From NCBI GenBank assembly GCA_000004985.1, contig GG739542.1: 1,127 bases of DNA. One strand, written 5' to 3'. Shown piece after piece: positions 1 to 1,127 of the stretch (position 1 is the first letter of the stretch; each line of letters starts with the position of its first letter). The DNA is from Naegleria gruberi (Eukaryota). The notes beneath the pieces were generated by a model. The model was not told the origin of the DNA and did not search any database. It saw only the letters and a program-made list of their open reading frames with translations. Both the position numbers and the translations under genes were made by a program.

Positions 1-73
1 TAATATATAGACCATTGATCAATATTAATAAAATTATTATCTAATTAACGCAAAGTAAAAAATCAAATCGAAA

Positions 74-83
74 TTTTTTTTTT
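74..83. repeat. Homopolymer T10 (a G7 run lies at 131-137)
   Basis: AAATTTTTTTTTTCAC and CGAGGGGGGGTG, read directly. Confidence 0.9.
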
Positions 84-147
84 CACTTTTGTCGTCTTTC
101 GCGCAAAACAAGGGTAACTTAAAGTCACGAGGGGGGGTGTTGTGTCA

Positions 148-156
148 TATAAAAAA
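148..156 (+). promoter_or_regulatory. TATA-like element ATATAAAAA (approx.)
   Basis: CATATAAAAAAATC sits just 3-prime of a G7 run. The first downstream ATG is at 231, but it opens only a 26-codon ORF. There is no other support. Confidence 0.12.
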
Positions 157-365
157 ATCATTATTTAAATAACTCGAAGGTGCACTGCAAATTGTCGGAC
201 AAAATAATCCACTATAATAAACATTGTTTGATGCCAAACGTTCGGGAGGTAGTCCAAACGGAGCAAGTAGGAAGTAAATGCATTTTTGGGAAATACGGGG
301 TTTCGGAGTAATTTAAAATACTGTTTACAGACCGATTATTTCATCCGACATTATTTGTGGGCTTT

Positions 366-385
366 CCCTTCGAATCCCTTCGAAT
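366..385. repeat. Direct 10-bp duplication CCCTTCGAAT x2 immediately left of the array
   Basis: CCCTTCGAAT at 366-375 and again at 376-385, read directly. Confidence 0.9.
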
Positions 386-396
386 CGGGATAAAAA

Positions 397-515
397 CCCC
401 TACAACTTGTCAATTAAAGTATATTAATAGGGTTTTATTATATTAAAAAAGAAAAATATCCCCCAAATTATGAAAAAATATCCAAGTCAGGATTGAAAAA
501 TTTTCGAAAAAAAAA
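397..515. repeat. Repeat copy 1, diverged (~85% similar to later copies by eye)
   Basis: CCCCTACAACTTGTCAATTAAAGTATATTAATAGGGTTTTATTATATTAAAAAAG...TATCCCCCAAATTATGAAAAAATATCCAAGTCAGG aligns to later units with several substitutions and a small indel (A6 instead of A8, ATCCCCCAAATTA vs CTTTCCCGAACTT). Confidence 0.85.
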
Positions 516-554
516 CCCTACCACTTGTCAATTAAGACGAGTTGATAGGGTTTT
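512..554. other. Unit-internal inverted repeat / potential stem-loop: 9-bp arms AAAACCCTA (512-520) and TAGGGTTTT (546-554), 25-nt spacer CCACTTGTCAATTAAGACGAGTTGA
   Basis: The arms are perfect reverse complements. The same pair recurs in copy 4 (751-759 / 785-793) and copy 5 (871-879 / 905-913). It is imperfect in copy 1 (AAAACCCCTA, extra C) and copy 3 (AAAACCTA, missing C). Confidence 0.7.
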
Positions 555-635
555 ATTATATTAAAAAAAAGAAAATACTTTCCCGAACTTGAAAAAATAT
601 CCAAGTCAGGATTGAAAAATTTTCGAAAAAAAAAA
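516..635. repeat. Repeat copy 2 (120 bp); junction is A9 then CCC
   Basis: Read directly. Identical to copies 3 and 4 except for the length of the junction homopolymers. Confidence 0.95.
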
Positions 636-754
636 CCTACCACTTGTCAATTAAGACGAGTTGATAGGGTTTTATTATATTAAAAAAAAGAAAATACTTT
701 CCCGAACTTGAAAAAATATCCAAGTCAGGATTGAAAAATTTTCGAAAAAAAAAA
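636..754. repeat. Repeat copy 3 (119 bp); begins CC instead of CCC after A10
   Basis: AAAAAAAAAACCTACCAC here versus AAAAAAAAAACCCTACCAC in copies 4 and 5. Otherwise base-for-base identical. Confidence 0.95.
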
Positions 755-874
755 CCCTACCACTTGTCAATTAAGACGAGTTGATAGGGTTTTATTATAT
801 TAAAAAAAAGAAAATACTTTCCCGAACTTGAAAAAATATCCAAGTCAGGATTGAAAAATTTTCGAAAAAAAAAA
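755..874. repeat. Repeat copy 4 (120 bp)
   Basis: Read directly. Identical to the copy 2 body. Confidence 0.95.
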
Positions 875-917
875 CCCTACCACTTGTCAATTAAGACGAG
901 TTGATAGGGTTTTATTA
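875..917. repeat. Repeat copy 5, truncated after 43 bp (…TTGATAGGGTTTTATTA)
   Basis: Matches the unit through TAGGGTTTTATTA, then diverges (AGCG versus TATT in full units). Confidence 0.9.
911..916 (-). promoter_or_regulatory. Candidate polyadenylation signal AATAAA (minus strand), about 41 nt downstream of the TAG stop
   Basis: Plus-strand TTTATT at 911-916 reads AATAAA on the minus strand. A U-rich CTTTATTTTTGT precedes it in the putative 3-prime UTR. Caveat: TTTATT is common in AT-rich DNA and recurs in every repeat copy. Confidence 0.25.
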
Positions 918-956
918 AGCGAACAAAAATAAAGCAATTTCCTTGGTTAGAGAGTC

Positions 957-1127
957 CTATTGAATGTTTTTATTTACAGTATTTACAGACATCTTATTAC
1001 GGTACCAAGATAATGCCACTAATGGTCCTCCAGGGGATCGACGAGTAGGAGGTCTTTCACGTTGATTATTTACAGGTTCTTCCTCGGGTTCTTCGTAAGG
1101 TACTTCCTCTTGCTTCCTCTTCCGTTT
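957..1127 (-). CDS. 3-prime terminal coding fragment of an unknown protein; ORF open at the window edge, stop TAG at 959-957. Low-complexity C-terminus …KRKRKQEEVPYEEPEEEPVNNQRERPPTRRSPGGPLVALSWYRNKMSVNTVNKNIQ*
   Basis: Only one of the three minus-strand frames is open across 56 codons; the other two hit stops within about 20 codons. The minus strand is purine/GAR-rich (GGAAGAGGAAGCAAGAGGAAG), as is typical for the sense strand of K/E/R-rich coding, while the plus-strand readings give F/L-rich antisense-like peptides. Local GC is about 45% against about 30% in the spacer. I recognise no homology. At about 7% chance for a random 56-codon ORF, this is suggestive only. Confidence 0.4.
   Translation of the reverse strand, partial: KRKRKQEEVPYEEPEEEPVNNQRERPPTRRSPGGPLVALSWYRNKMSVNTVNKNIQ
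971..988. repeat. Tandem duplication of the 9-mer TATTTACAG (x2). The same 9-mer recurs at 1067-1075, and TGTTTACAG is at 322-330
   Basis: Read directly. The TTTACAG 7-mer occurs 4 times in 1.1 kb, against roughly 0.1 expected per strand. Confidence 0.85.

Larger units (their letters stand above)
392..917. repeat. Tandem direct-repeat array of a ~120-bp AT-rich unit, about 4.4 copies (minisatellite/VNTR-like)
   Basis: The anchor CCAAGTCAGGATTGAAAAATTTTCG recurs at 482, 601, 720 and 840, giving periods of 119, 119 and 120. Units run from the C-run after a poly-A tract. The array ends mid-unit at 917, where sequence switches to unique AGCGAACAAAAATAAAGC. Confidence 0.95.

Noticed and set aside
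131-137. G7 run as part of a G-quadruplex
   Set aside because: It is a single G-tract. No additional G-runs nearby to form four strands.
231-311. Plus-strand ORF of 26 codons (MPNVREVVQTEQVGSKCIFGKYGVSE*) as a stand-alone CDS
   Set aside because: Too short, weak start context, no recognisable product. Kept only as a possible 5-prime exon or uORF in the findings.
392-917. CRISPR array
   Set aside because: The repeats are contiguous ~120-bp direct units with no interspersed unique spacers. The unit is far longer than CRISPR repeats (about 24-48 bp), and the sequence context looks eukaryotic.
392-917. Large satellite, centromeric or telomeric block
   Set aside because: Only about 4.4 copies, bounded on both sides by unique sequence including a likely coding region. 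The CCCTA/TAGGG motifs are isolated within 120-bp units, not tandem telomeric heptamers.
1076-1127. Plus-strand coding continuation after the TTATTTACAG acceptor (two open plus frames: VLPRVLRKVLPLASSSV and FFLGFFVRYFLLLPLPF)
   Set aside because: Only 17 codons remain before the window ends, so openness is uninformative. The plus strand is pyrimidine-rich here and gives F/L/S-rich antisense-like peptides. The minus frame is purine-rich and reads as the more protein-like of the two, so it was annotated as primary.
1-1127. tRNA, rRNA or other structured ncRNA gene
   Set aside because: No segment with cloverleaf-compatible pairing or conserved rRNA motifs. The only recurrent stem is the repeat-internal 9-bp inverted pair.
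1-1127. Prokaryotic defence or other multi-gene system
   Set aside because: No long ORFs, RBS-ORF arrays or operon structure. The single substantial ORF is a 171-nt fragment, and the AATAAA, splice-like motifs and exon/spacer GC contrast point to eukaryotic nuclear DNA. I prefer to report nothing rather than invent a system.

Overview
This is an AT-rich (roughly 30-35% GC), non-prokaryotic-looking window dominated by a tandem array of a ~120-bp unit (about 4.4 copies, ~392-917). Copies 2-5 are virtually identical and copy 1 is clearly diverged. Each unit carries a 9-bp inverted repeat AAAACCCTA...TAGGGTTTT, which is telomere-repeat-like and resembles a plant telo-box. Each unit also carries a TGTCAATTAA motif and a TTTTCGAAAA palindrome. 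Right of the array, the only substantial open frame is on the minus strand (957-1127, open at the window edge). It is purine-rich, encodes a low-complexity basic/acidic/proline-rich C-terminus, and ends at a TAG at 959-957. A minus-strand AATAAA lies ~41 nt downstream of that stop, inside the truncated last repeat copy. Left of the array (1-391) the sequence is unique, with homopolymer runs (T10, G7), a TATA-like element and a 10-bp direct duplication abutting the array. I see no tRNA, rRNA, CRISPR or multi-gene prokaryotic-style system. GC contrast between putative exon and AT-rich spacer, the AATAAA and TTTACAG/GTAAAT splice-like motifs suggest eukaryotic nuclear DNA from an AT-rich genome; plant or invertebrate cannot be told apart from sequence alone. 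The most interesting object is the recently homogenised 120-bp array sitting directly at a gene's 3' end. Gene-model details remain ambiguous because the 9-mer TATTTACAG occurs three times, and its TTTACAG core four times, in the window.
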